NCBI RefSeq assembly: GCF_965263005.1
Contig: NZ_OZ253579.1
Span: 1,911,399-1,975,398, forward strand
DNA length: 64,000 nucleotides
Source of the DNA: Candidatus Rariloculus sp.
GTDB taxonomy: Bacteria > Pseudomonadota > Gammaproteobacteria > Steroidobacterales > Rariloculaceae
Reading direction: 5' to 3'
In this document: positions 17,833-32,100 of the stretch, piece by piece
Numbering within the stretch: position 1 is the stretch's first letter
Layout: each line of letters begins with the position of its first letter
Notes under the pieces: generated by a model
The model's input: only the letters and a program-made list of their open reading frames with translations
Told to the model about the DNA's origin: nothing
Database searches by the model: none
Position numbers and translations under genes: made by a program

Positions 17833-19794
17833 CTAATTCAAGAGACGGTTGAAGGTTTCGAAAATCCGTTCCGCCGCCGATAGAGTTCGGTCAATTGCCT
17901 CTGACTCCCCCGCAAATGTGTCCGAATTTCGGATGAGCCAAGCCGCGGGGGTGTAGTGGTTAAATACTGGAATGGTCTCTGGCATGATATTGAATATGGC
18001 CTCGACCTTCTTCACCAGCCGTGTCGTAGAAGTATGCTCGTCGAGCTTTTCAATGGTGACACGATGGGATTCCGGCAACGCGTAGCTAGAATTCACGATC
18101 TCCGCGTAGACTTCCGGATCAAAAATATCTTCAATGTCCCCTTCTCGTTCGTCGATGAAGTCTGCCACCGTATAGAAATGGCCCGCCTGCAGGATGTCCG
18201 ACTGCCTGATCCTCTCGACCTTTCCCATTGCCCCCCGCGCCACGTCTGATAGCACCGCGACGTGCATTTCCTTGCCCGCAAAGAGGGATACGAAGGGCAT
18301 GATTCTGTCGATGCCTCCGGCCGGACACATCGTCCAGCGCGAATCCAATGGCGTCCTGCCGCGCGCCTCTAGCGCGGAGGAGAGCGCCTGGAGGTACAGG
18401 ATGTCGCTTGGCCCCTCCACCAAAAGGGTGTGTTCCCCGACGAATAGGGTCTGCGTCGCCTCGTAGCCCAATGCCCCCTGCAGCGGAAAGAGCGTATCCG
18501 CTTCGACCTCGAGGACATCTTGACTTGCCTTCGTTCCATACGATCTGCGCGGCGACTTTGTTCCGTCCACTTTATCCTCGATGATCCGCACACGCTGTAG
18601 TTTGTCGGCGGGGACCATGAACGGGGAGTGTGTCGAATAGATGACTTGGTGGGAGGGTGCCAACTTGTCGTCGATGAAGCGCAACAAGTCACCCTGTGCT
18701 TTACCGTGCAGCGACAGTCCTGGTTCGTCCAAGAGCAAGACGATAGGACCGCCCGCATTTTTCACTTGAGCGAATTTCACCAAGAATGAGAAGAACCAGA
18801 CAAAGCCCGCGCTGCGCTCCGAGAAGGGCGTGTCGACGCGATGAAGGTTATTCTTAATGCGAGCCCTAGCGATCGTTCCTTGGTTGAATGGTGGCGAATC
18901 GCCGGGAAGTGCTTTGTCGATGCGCACCTCTACGTCCAAGTCGGGGTTTTGAGACCAATAGTCCAGTATCTGCTCGGTGATGTTGGTCGATGCTGCTTGC
19001 AGCATAGCGTTGAAGGTCTCGTAGGTGGACACATCGGTTATGTCATCAATTGCGACCCCCGCGTACTCCAGGAACTCGACGAACAAGCGTGCCCCACGGT
19101 GTTCGTCATAATCGATTTCCTCGGTGTCAATCCTTTCTTGTGTCTCCTCTATCTGAATCGCGCCGTCCATCCGGTCGTAAGAAGAGACGTACATAAAAGT
19201 CGGAAGGGCACGGATCACATGCTTCCGCACGCGACCGCGGGCGTTTCCGCGCTCGCTCAGAAATTCTTGCAGCCGTATGTGCTTTTCGGTCGGAGACTGA
19301 AGGCCGTCCAAGACGCTGATCAGTTTGTCGGTCGTGCTTGGTGACCCCAGCATCGAGCGCTCGGATGCGTTCAGCGCGAACAGGCTGTAGTGGTGTTTCA
19401 CCGCGGCCGGATAGTCCAGTTGCGCGCTCACCTCGATTTGCTTCCCATATCGTCGGCTCACTTCAACCAGTGGGGACGTCAAGACGTCTTTACCGACATC
19501 TTCGGAGATAACCTGGATTTCGGCTTCATCCAATTTCCAGATGGTTCGGATTACCACGGCATGCTCGTCCCCGTGAATCTGCTTGTATCGGATCAGGTTA
19601 CGGCGCGGATAGTCCCGCTCCTTGTTAATTGCTACGGGGGTAGCTTTGTTGGGGTTTAAAGCCGCCAACGCCAACAGGATTGCGCTCTTCCCAGCCTCGT
19701 TTTTGCCAACCAAACAGGTCACTGGGTCAACGTCAAACTCCTCGCTGTCGTCCACTGAGCGGAAGTTGGTCACTCGAATCTTCTGTAGCCTCAT
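17833..19794 (-). CDS. OLD-family ATP-dependent endonuclease (ABC ATPase plus TOPRIM)
   Basis: NFRSV, Walker A GKNEAGKS, SERSAG signature, LLLDEPGLSLH, STHSPF, TOPRIM LLVEGPSD; ATG 19794 with GAGG RBS. Confidence 0.9.
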   Translation of the reverse strand: MRLQKIRVTNFRSVDDSEEFDVDPVTCLVGKNEAGKSAILLALAALNPNKATPVAINKERDYPRRNLIRYKQIHGDEHAVVIRTIWKLDEAEIQVISEDVGKDVLTSPLVEVSRRYGKQIEVSAQLDYPAAVKHHYSLFALNASERSMLGSPSTTDKLISVLDGLQSPTEKHIRLQEFLSERGNARGRVRKHVIRALPTFMYVSSYDRMDGAIQIEETQERIDTEEIDYDEHRGARLFVEFLEYAGVAIDDITDVSTYETFNAMLQAASTNITEQILDYWSQNPDLDVEVRIDKALPGDSPPFNQGTIARARIKNNLHRVDTPFSERSAGFVWFFSFLVKFAQVKNAGGPIVLLLDEPGLSLHGKAQGDLLRFIDDKLAPSHQVIYSTHSPFMVPADKLQRVRIIEDKVDGTKSPRRSYGTKASQDVLEVEADTLFPLQGALGYEATQTLFVGEHTLLVEGPSDILYLQALSSALEARGRTPLDSRWTMCPAGGIDRIMPFVSLFAGKEMHVAVLSDVARGAMGKVERIRQSDILQAGHFYTVADFIDEREGDIEDIFDPEVYAEIVNSSYALPESHRVTIEKLDEHTSTTRLVKKVEAIFNIMPETIPVFNHYTPAAWLIRNSDTFAGESEAIDRTLSAAERIFETFNRLLN

Positions 19795-20204
19795 GGTTGC
19801 GTCCTCGAAATAGGGCAGCGGGTGCACCCAATACAGATGCAATCCTTGGGGATTTGAGTTGGCTGCCCCCGGGTTCGTCCAGCGTAAACCTGCCGCGCAT
19901 TTGCAGACAGTTCACTGTTAGGGGACCAACCTCCCAATCATGCAAGAACGAATTGTTCAGGACAAGAGCAAAGAAGTAACGTGGCAGATAGGGAGGCAAC
20001 AAATCAGGCGGGCGACATAAATCATCGTCGGGGCTGAGTTTGGCTAGTGAAATGTGGAATTTTCGGCCGGATTAGCGTCGCGCATGGCCTGGGCAGCGAG
20101 TTTTAGCCACGCGTCCCGGTCGAGTCCGAGCCGTGCATTGAGTTGGCTGCACAACCGCTCCGCGTCGGCGAGCGAGAGCGCAACGAGCGCCGTGGGCACG
20201 TAGC

Positions 20205-20230
20205 TGATCTTGCCCCGTTTTGGTGGACGG
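20205..20230. mobile_element. Isolated IS3-family terminal inverted repeat
   Basis: TGATCTTGCCCCGTTTTGGTGGACGG, typical TG-start IS3-type end; no transposase follows. Confidence 0.55.
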
Positions 20231-20360
20231 TTGCTTCCTCACGCCAGCGAACGTCAGGTCAGAGGGGGTCTGGCAGGTATCAGGCATGGTAGGCTCGAAG
20301 CGTCCACTGGGCGTGGTCTCGCGGATCCTTGGAGACGTCTTCGAAACCGGTAGAGGTGAA

Positions 20361-20774
20361 ATGAAACTCCATAGACGCTCTCAATGGCTCAGCATAGACA
20401 GCCTCATCAACCTACTACTGGGCGCGTTCCTGGTGGCCTTTCCAAGAGACCTCGTTTCCTTTCTTGGGATTCCGCAACCCGAGTCAGGATTCTATCCTGG
20501 CATCCTTGGCGCCGTGCTGTTTGGAATTGGCGTTGCGCTTTGGATGGAGAAGGGAACGGACGGTGCTGGCGGAGGTGGCCTGGGGCTTGGCGGAGCGGTC
20601 GTGATCAATCTCTGTGCGGCCCTGATGCTTGCAGCTTGGTTACTTTTTGGAGGCCTCTCTCTTCCCGCAAGAGGGTCGGGCCTTTTGTGGGGCATCGTGG
20701 CAGTTCTCATCGCGGTGAGCCTGGCCGAGATTGGATGCATTCGACGAACACTTAGTCGGTCGAACGATGAATGA
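20361..20774 (+). CDS. Small four-TM membrane protein
   Basis: ATG after GAGGT RBS; four hydrophobic segments. Confidence 0.7.
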   Translation: MKLHRRSQWLSIDSLINLLLGAFLVAFPRDLVSFLGIPQPESGFYPGILGAVLFGIGVALWMEKGTDGAGGGGLGLGGAVVINLCAALMLAAWLLFGGLSLPARGSGLLWGIVAVLIAVSLAEIGCIRRTLSRSNDE

Positions 20775-21168
20775 GTGCGATGCTTGGGATAGCGGGAATC
20801 GGTGTCGGCCGCGCTACCGGTGATCCAATCGCCACACACAAGAAAGCGTGGGACACATTGCGGGGGCGATAGTCAACCTGGACGTGTCGCCCAGCACGAT
20901 TGTCTTCGGATGCCTGCGCTAGACGGTATCTCCGGGCCATGTGCCGAACTTGGTACACTACGAGGCGCTCCACCGACGATGCCGTCATCAATGGCCATGC
21001 CGGGGCGAGTCATGCGGTGTTGACAGGGTGTTGATTCGAGAAAAAGGCGACGGTCTACTCGAGTTTTTTTATAGGAAAAGTTCTTATTTTTCAGATAGAT
21101 AAACTCATGCTAGGTTGGCTTGCGAAATCTTGAAGTGAATTCTACTGCTTCGCCCTGCCGGAATAGGC

Positions 21169-22295
21169 TTATTTTGCGCTGGTCGTGACGGCGCAAAGGT
21201 GGCCGTGCGGCACGAGCGGGATTTTCGCCACTTCGACAGGCATCGTCTTGCCGCGGACGATTCCTGACAACATCGTGCCCGGGCGCGCGAGCGTCGTTTC
21301 GACGTAGCCCATCGCAATGGGTGCGTCGAGCGTCGGGCCGAAGCCTCCGCTCGTCACGTTGCCTGCGTCCACGCCGTCGGGACCGTGCAGCATGCTGCCG
21401 CCTCGCAATGGGACGCGCGAGCGCGGCAGCAGCGCGACGCGCCGCCGCGCCGCGCCGCCGGCGAGTTCGAGGGCGATGACGGCCGCGCCCGGGTAACCGC
21501 CCGGCCGCGCGCCGCCGGTACGCCGGGCCTTGGCGACGGTCCACGAGAGTCCCGCCTCGACCGGCGTCGTGGTCGTATCGAGATCGTGTCCGTAAAGGCA
21601 CAAGCCCGCTTCGAGCCTGAGCGAATCGCGTGCGCCCAGACCGATCGGTTCGACTTCGTCGTGGCTCAACAGCTCGCGGGCAAGCGCGTCGGCTCGCACG
21701 GCATCGACGGAGATCTCGAAGCCGTCCTCGCCCGTGTAACCGGACCGGCTCACGATGCACTCGGTACCGGTGAGGTTAACCGCGGCGACGCTCATGAACT
21801 TGAGCGCCGCCGTCTCCGGAGCGAGCCGCGCGAGCACGCGTGCCGCCGCCGGGCCCTGCAGCGCAAGCAGCGCGCGATCGTCGAGGACTTCGATCGTGCA
21901 GCGCCCGCCGATGCGGCTGCGCAAGTGCGCGATGTCATCGTGCTTGCGTGAGGCGTTGACGACGATGTAGAGATTTCCCGCGAGCTTTGCAGCCATGAAG
22001 TCGTCGAGCACGCCGCCTTCGTCGTTCGTCAAGAGCGCGTAGCGCTGACGGCCGTCCGGCAGATCGACGATGTCGACCGGCGTCAGTGTCTCGAGCGCGG
22101 CGGCCGCGTCGGCGCCGGTAAGCCTCAACTGTCCCATGTGCGAGACGTCGAACAGGCCAGCCCCGGAGCGCGTGTGCGTGTGTTCCTTGATGATGCCCGA
22201 CTTGTACTGAACCGGCATCGCGTATCCCGCGAACGGTACGATCCGCGCGCCGAGCGACACGTGCAGTTCGTGCAGCGGCGTTTGCAGCAGCGCGG

Positions 22296-22299
<4 letters not shown>
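21169..22299 (-). CDS. gcvT: Glycine cleavage system T protein (aminomethyltransferase)
   Basis: [56 protein letters not shown]; TTG start overlaps the gcvP stop. Confidence 0.95.
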
Positions 22300-25181
<2,882 letters not shown>

Positions 25182-25628
25182 GATCTAGAAAAGTCGTAAG
25201 CCGTCAAGAGCACGCCCGACATACGCGTCAGTACGATAACCATCTGATTTTTCTTCATTTACAGCACATCTTCGGACTGTCTCACATATGGATTTCCGCC
25301 TCGACTACGCTTCAATAACCCCTGAGTTTGAGTTCACGCGCTTGCGCAATGCTTACTCGTCAGCGACAGCGCAGCATTTAGAGGGAGGCCCGGAGACCGA
25401 TTTCTAAACGACCGCCGCAAAAAATTTTCAAACGCATGTTGGATGCCTTGTCGGCCCATGGCAAGCCCGGTGTGTACTGGGACCGGGACCTGCCGGGGTT
25501 TGGTGTGCGGCTTTAGACGTGCGAGCTGACCCGGATGCAAGGGCGCGCCGGGTTTCATCGCGGCCTCGCCGAACACACGCGCAACGGGTCTCCTGACGGG
25601 TAGGACATGCACCGCTTCGGCCACTGGG

Positions 25629-25666
25629 TAATAGCGGTTGACGCTATTAGTGAGAAAGACTATGGT
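25629..25666 (+). promoter_or_regulatory. higBA sigma70 promoter with operator palindrome
   Basis: TTGACG (25638)-17 nt-TATGGT (25661); palindrome TAATAGCG-N5-CGCTATTA over the -35; GTG start 6 nt after the -10, implying a leaderless mRNA. Confidence 0.75.
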
Positions 25667-25672
25667 ATTTGG

Positions 25673-25954
25673 GTGATCCAGAGTTACCGGGACTCCGACA
25701 CCAGGAGAGTTGCAAACCGCGAGCGATGCAACAAACTTCCCGCAGGCATCCAGCGTCGGGCCCAAGCCAAGTTAATGGTCTTGAACAACGCCAGGGACTT
25801 GAACGATTTGCGAGTTCTTCCGGGGAATCGGCTGGAGGCACTTTCAGGTGACCGTAAGGGTCAGCACAGTATCCGTATCAACACCCAGTGGCGGATATGC
25901 TTTATCTGGAAGCGAGGAAATGCCTATCGAGTGGAGATCGTGGATTACCACTAA
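25673..25954 (+). CDS. higB: HigB/RelE-family toxin
   Basis: IQSYRD..T...DLRVLPGNRLEALSGDRKGQHSIRINTQWRICF.W....AYRVEIVDYH. Confidence 0.92.
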   Translation: MIQSYRDSDTRRVANRERCNKLPAGIQRRAQAKLMVLNNARDLNDLRVLPGNRLEALSGDRKGQHSIRINTQWRICFIWKRGNAYRVEIVDYH

Positions 25955-25990
25955 TCCCAGGGAGTTCGACAACGAGAAGGAATCGAACAC

Positions 25991-26317
25991 ATGAACAAAT
26001 CAGCGCCGGGTCGCCCCGAAAAACTATCTCCCATTCATCCCGGAGAGATTCTCAATGAGGAATTTCTTCGCCCGCTGAAGATCACCCAGTATCGACTGGC
26101 CCAGGCGATCGGCGTGGATGCTCGCCGAATTCATGCCATCGTGCATGGGCAGCGGTCCATCACCGCGGAAACCGCTCTTCTGATGGCGCGTTTCTTCGGC
26201 AACTCCGCGCAGTTTTGGATGGGGCTTCAAAATCAGTACGACCTGGAGAGGGAGCGGGATCGCTTGGTCGACAGGCTCCGTCAGATACCGGAGTACCGTA
26301 TAAAGGCCACCGTTTGA
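25991..26317 (+). CDS. higA: HigA-family antitoxin (HTH)
   Basis: PIHPGEILNEEFL.PL.ITQYRLA...RSITAETAL..ARFFGNSAQFWMGLQ. Confidence 0.92.
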   Translation: MNKSAPGRPEKLSPIHPGEILNEEFLRPLKITQYRLAQAIGVDARRIHAIVHGQRSITAETALLMARFFGNSAQFWMGLQNQYDLERERDRLVDRLRQIPEYRIKATV

Positions 26318-26570
26318 ACGGCAACCGTACAGGCAAAGCCCCGATTTGCTCGCGCCTCGGCGGAATTAGGTCAGCGGCGCCGTGGATGTCGGGCGCGACG
26401 GGCGCGGAAAATTGCGGCATGTTCCAGCAGGCCGTGCATATCGCCTCCGGTTATATCGGGCCGATGGTGATATCGAGCCACTCAACCTCCCACATTCAAC
26501 GTGGCTCGAAAGATGGAGTATGGTCAGAAGCATCAGTGGTAATTGGGTCGATTGGATAACCCCGACTACA

Positions 26571-27193
26571 ATGAAATCTCACTACTTGTTGTGCTTAGCG
26601 ATGAAATCGAATTTGTGGGCCGTGTCTCGTTGCCGTCTTGGACGGTGTCTTGTGTTGGTGATGACGGCAATGCTGGGGACAGCACAGGCGGCGGAGTCCG
26701 AGGACGCGCTACAGGGCGTATATCCGGCTCAGGTCGATGACGGGCTGACGCTGTACGCAACCGTTCGATCGCTGGAGATTCCGCCCGGCGTGGATTTCCC
26801 GCGCCCGGAAGGTACCCTGCTTGAGGTGCTGATCAGTGCGGCTCCTTCCGGTGGCACTACGGCAGCACGGCGCGTGGCGGACGGTGGCCCCTGTGCTCCG
26901 TGCACGGCACTGCATTATTTCGTCCTGCCGGAGCAGAGCCGAATTGGGAAGAGCCAGAAGCTTCGTGCACTGAGGAATACGCCCTCGGCAGCATCCGTGT
27001 CCGGTGGACTGCGGAGGGTCCGCGACTGGAGCAAGCGGAATTGAGACGTACCGGGTTCGTGCCGCCCCTTTTCAAATCGAAGATGCAGTTGCACTTTGAT
27101 GAGCCCCTTGGCTCGGGCCCCGAGGCCGATGAGATCGAGACGTTGGCCCGTGCCGACATCGTCGAGTATGTACGGCCCTTTCGCTCGCCCTGA
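26571..27193 (+). pseudogene. Secreted hypothetical protein split by a frameshift near 26,840
   Basis: Signal-like CLVLVMTAMLGTAQA in one frame; protein-like continuation GSFRWHYG...CSVHGTALFRP...VRPFRSP* in an adjacent frame. Confidence 0.45.
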
Positions 27194-27408
27194 TCTTGCC
27201 TGGCGTTAGCCAGTGCTGGGTCCCCGTTTATTGTGGTAACTGCCTGGCGCAGCATCGAAAAGGGGTGATGCCGCCCATTGGCTACGCCGTGGGTTAGATT
27301 GTTGCGACGCTGGGCCCAAGGCATCCATGAATCATCAGGTTCTGTCCCCACGTATCAGTGCGGTACGAGAGATCGCCGCGGCAAGGCGGTAAATGCTCTC
27401 GCGCCGAG

Positions 27409-27786
27409 TTACAGCGTGCCGAGCAGTTCGTCGTAGGCGGCTTGATCGCGCAGCGCCGCAAGGTCGTCCGGAGCGTCGGGCCGAACCCTGATGAACCAGC
27501 CGGCGCCGAGCGGGTCCTCGTTGACAGTCTCGGGCGCGTCGGCAAGCGCGTCATTGACGGCAACGACCTCGCCGCTGAGCGGCATCCTGATCTCGGCCGC
27601 GGCCTTGACCGATTCGATCACACAGGCCTCCTCGCCAGCCGCGACGGTCGCGCCCGCTTCGGGCAGTTCGACGAACACGATGTCGCCGAGCTGCTCCTGA
27701 GCGTATTCGGTAATCCCCATCGTCACCGTCCCGTCATCCTCGGGACGCAGCCATTCATGATCGTCGGTGTATCTCACGTCATTCAT
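27409..27786 (-). CDS. gcvH: Glycine cleavage system H protein
   Basis: [27 protein letters not shown], lipoyl motif IESVKAA. Confidence 0.96.
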   Translation of the reverse strand: MNDVRYTDDHEWLRPEDDGTVTMGITEYAQEQLGDIVFVELPEAGATVAAGEEACVIESVKAAAEIRMPLSGEVVAVNDALADAPETVNEDPLGAGWFIRVRPDAPDDLAALRDQAAYDELLGTL

Positions 27787-28029
27787 TGGCACACTGAACC
27801 TGCTCGAAGCGCCAACGCCGCATCGGCCGCAAGTCCGGTCGGCAAAGCGCCTGAGATGCCGCGCGGCGCGGCGACGGGCGTTGCTCGGAAGTCGGTCACG
27901 ATTGGGAGAGGCGGTGATTTGTTGAGAGCAACATTTTACCATCGCTCACGAGGGACAGGCCATAGACCGGGGGTTGGGAAAGAGGCGGGTCTGTGTATCG
28001 ATCCGCGCACGAGCGGCCCGCGGCCGCTC

Positions 28030-28308
28030 GTGATCGAAGGCAGCGAATTCGATCCACTATCGGGTCGGCGCGTCGACGATTTGCGCCAAGATGGCGACCG
28101 TCGCATCATCGGCTACACGGGCGTGGCAGGTCGAACGCCGCGCCACTACGGCTCGCTTTACATCGACCAGGACGAGTGTACGCGCTGCGGCCGGCGCGAT
28201 AAGATTCACTCCGTCGAGAGCATCTCTATCTGGAAGGCCACGCGCAACGTCGAGCGTGCCAGCGATGTTCGCAAGCGCCTTGAGTCAAGAGTATCGAAAC
28301 ATGTGTAG
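28030..28308 (+). pseudogene. Decayed 4Fe-4S ferredoxin-like domain remnant
   Basis: LYIDQDECTRCGRRDKIHSVESIS aligns to IDxxxCxxCGxCxxxCPVxxIS with the later Cys/Pro residues lost; preceded by a perfect 11-bp hairpin at 28008-28032. Confidence 0.4.
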
Positions 28309-28333
28309 AGGCTCGTGGAAAACAGCGCGCATT

Positions 28334-28954
28334 ATGGCGACTGCAGTGCGGTACGCCATGCTGGCGGCCGGGATCGGCTGCGTTGGCCTGTTCAGTGGCG
28401 TTGCCGCGGGTCAGGGCGGCGGCCTGGCCGAGATCGACGTGCCGCTGACACCGATTGAAACTGAAACCCTGGCCGGGTTCGAGGCGTTGGCAACGGTGGT
28501 TGAAAGGGAAAACCCTGCCACAATCGCCACGCCGGAAGCGGCAGGTTCGACGGAAGAGGTTATCGTGCGCGGCCGCAGTCCGGCGGCGCTGCGCATTCAG
28601 ATAGAGCTGGCGGAAGAGGCTCTCTACGATCGCTTCAACGAGATCAATAGCAACGACGAGTTCGATATCCACTGCAAGGAGATTGCATTTACGGGCTCGA
28701 GGATGCTGACGCGTTTCTGTCAGCCCAACTTCTGGCACACGGCGGAAGAGCGACTCGCATACGACACGGTGCTGATGCTGCAGGGGTCCGCGTTCTCGGC
28801 CAATCCGGGCCTGTTCCGGGGCGAGCAGCGATACAAGCGCGTGCTCATGCTCGAGGAGATGCGGCGTCTGGCGCGCGAGGACGAAGAGTTTATCGACGCG
28901 CTGAGGCGTCTGTACACGCTGACGCTCGGGGACGAGCCCGCCTCTGCGGACTGA
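28334..28954 (+). CDS. Secreted hypothetical protein
   Basis: Signal-like N-terminus; EEVIVRG, then YDRFNEINSNDEFDIHC...TGSR...RFCQP with a Cys pair. Confidence 0.7.
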   Translation: MATAVRYAMLAAGIGCVGLFSGVAAGQGGGLAEIDVPLTPIETETLAGFEALATVVERENPATIATPEAAGSTEEVIVRGRSPAALRIQIELAEEALYDRFNEINSNDEFDIHCKEIAFTGSRMLTRFCQPNFWHTAEERLAYDTVLMLQGSAFSANPGLFRGEQRYKRVLMLEEMRRLAREDEEFIDALRRLYTLTLGDEPASAD

Positions 28955-29187
28955 CGTGCACAGCCGTCGGCTGTGCTTCACCCGGCGAGCCTGGCCGGCA
29001 TTGTTGGACAAATGCAACATCCGTCCATCCCGCGAACAAGTAGGCACGTGTTCAAACATCGCCTTGCGAAGCGTTGGAGAATGTGTATATTCTCACCCAC
29101 ACGACGGTAGCGCGGGGCCTGAATCTTGGGCGCCGCAGCTCCGTGTCATGGGGATGACTTCAGTGGTTTTTTTCGGGGGTACGCCAA

Positions 29188-32100
29188 GTGACGGACAAAA
29201 ATAAAGCGGGTCGCGGCCTGCGATTGCAGGTATTGTCGAAGGGGATCGCCGATGTGCTTCGAAGCCCATCATCGGCCGGTTTGAGGCCCACGATTCTCTC
29301 GGCCTCGGGCGGAGCGATTCTGAGCGTGGCGCTCGCGGTGGGGCCAGCGACTCCGGCCGCGGCACAGGAAGACGTGGTGCTCGAGGAAATCACGGTCACC
29401 GGATCGCGTATTCGGCGCCAGGACTTCACGGCGAACGCGCCGATCCAGACAGTCGATGAGGCCCTATTCGAGAATACGTCGTCAATCGGTGTCGAGACGG
29501 TCCTGAACCGGCTGCCGCAGTTCGTGCCGGCCGTCACTCAGTTCACGACGACGGACGTGCAGCAGACGGCCACGAACACCGTTGGCGTATCGACGGTCAG
29601 CCTGCGCGGCCTCGGTCCGAACCGGAACCTCGTTCTGATCAACGGCCGCCGCGCCATGCCGGTCGATCCGACAATGATTATCGATACCAACTCGATTCCC
29701 GCGTCCGCGATACAGCGCGTCGAGATAATCTCGGGCGGCGCCTCGGCCGTGTACGGCGCCGACGCCGTCGGCGGCGTCGTCAACTTCATCCTCAAGGACG
29801 ATTTCGAGGGCGCCAGTGTCGATGTCCGCTTCGGCGATACGCAGCATGGCGGCAACCAGGAGGTCACGGTCTCTGGCCTCATCGGCGCCAACGTGGCGAA
29901 CGACCGCGGCAACGTGATGCTCGGCGTTGAGCGTGCTACCCGGACGGTGCAGCGTGAGTGGCAACGTGACTGGCGCATCGCGGACTTTGCCAACCCGAAC
30001 GTCGGGGGTGGCACGTTCGTCTGGGGAAGCGCACCCTGGCTAAGGAACGAAGCGGCTTTCTCCAACCCGCCTGCTCCTCCTCCCGGATATAACAACAACT
30101 ACCCGGCGCAGGACCGGGCACAAATTGCCGCGAGAGCAGGCTGGGATGATCAGACCCCGTTGGGGACAGCGACTACCGTCGACGAGATTTTTGACGAGCT
30201 CCCGCCGGGCACGATCAGTAACAACGTCAACGGCACGAATTTCCGCGTCAATGACGACGGCACATTTTACACGGGCCACGGTTTTGGTAGTCAGAATACG
30301 CGCGTCGATCGCGCATCAGGCGGCTACCGCTTCAATGGTCCGGTATACGACCCGAGTGTACCCGGGTCAGGCGGCGATCACTGGGGCAACTATGCAGGCC
30401 TGCCGGTGTTCGTTCGACACCCGAGCGGTGCCATCAAGGAGAACAATTTCTACCGATGGTCGTCCTCGCCGCTCGAGCGGCTCTCGGCGTTCGGTAACGG
30501 TCATTTCGAAGTTTCCGACAACGTCAGGGTGACGGCGCAGGCTCAGTTCACGCGCACCCAGACCGAGTCGAGCCTCGGAAATACGGCCGCCAACATCAAC
30601 CAGTGGGCCGCCGCGGTTCCGTTCGGGAATGAGCTCTACCGCGGCAATAACCAGCCGCTTTTCCCGGGCGATTCGCCGGATCGCAGCATTTACGATATTC
30701 CGGATGCGCTGATTGACGTGAACGGGAACGGCATTGCGGATGCCGGCGACATGACGCACTCGGCGTATAAGATCGACGGCCGCTACGGCGTCGAGTGCGA
30801 CGCCCCGCCGACGCAGGCAAGGCCCTGGCTCGACGGCCTGCCCGGCTGCACGAACTCGGAGGCCTGGCCGACATCAGCCGAGGTCTACAATCTGTTCATG
30901 AGCCGGCCGGATCCCAACGCCATACTCTGGGGGAACCGTTCGCCCGACTATCTCAGGGAGGCGATCGGCGCCGGGCGCTCGACAACGAATACGACGACGA
31001 CGATGAATTTCTCGTTGGGGCTCGAAGGCGAGCTGCCGAGCGGCGATGATTTCTGGGATGTCACGGTCTCGACGGGACGCTCGGACAACTTTGTCAACCA
31101 GAACGGTTCGGTCAGGCTCTCGCAGTTAAGGGCCCTGTATCTGGTTCCGAATTACGGGCGTAACGCCATCTTCGATCCGGAACCGGTTAACGACGGCTTC
31201 GCCGAGAACAACTCGCGCTGTACCACGGGTCTTCCGATCTTCGAGCGGTTCATTCCGTCAACGGACTGCGTGCAGATGATCTCGCCGTCTCTGAAGAACC
31301 AGCGGGAAATGACCCAGTCCCTTATCGAAGCCAACCTTGTCGGCGATCTCATCGAGATGCCTGCCGGTACGCTGCAGTACGCGCTCGGCGGGGCCTATCG
31401 CGAGAACAGCTTCGACTTCTCTCCGGACAACCTGAGCCACAATCAGAACTTCCTCGATCCGATCGCGGGCACCTACCCGAACGAAGAGAGCTACGGCGAG
31501 TTCGACGTCTCAGAGATTTACGGCGAGCTGCTGATCCCGCTTGTCAACGACGGGCCTACCGGCTTTTCGCACTTCAACGTCGAGCTCGGCGGGCGTATCT
31601 CGGACTGGAGCATGCCAAACATGCCCAATCTGCAGACCTACAAGGCACTGGTCGACTGGGGCATCACGCCACGCTACCGAATGCGCGGCGGGTTCAATCG
31701 CGCGTTCCGCGCGCCAAACCTGGGTGAGCTTTTCATCACGCGTACCCAGATTTTCGGCGGCATCGGTACCGACGACTTCTGCTCGCAGAACCTTAATGTG
31801 CAGTGGGACTTCAGCGCTTCATCTCCGGATCCTGCGCAGGCCGCCCAGTCGGAAGCGATTTGCCGTGCCTTGATGGGCAGGTCGGGTGCGTTCGAGTACT
31901 ACGACAACCAGCCATTGTCGGAACAGACCACGGGAGGCAATACCGGTGTTTCGAACAGCTTCGGCAACCGGGATCTGAGGGAGGAGCAGGCCGATACGTT
32001 CACGGTCGGCATGGTCATGGATTTCCATGACAACTTCACACTCACGGTCGACTGGTACGAGATCGAGATCAAGGACATGATCGCGCTCGAGCATCCCGAC

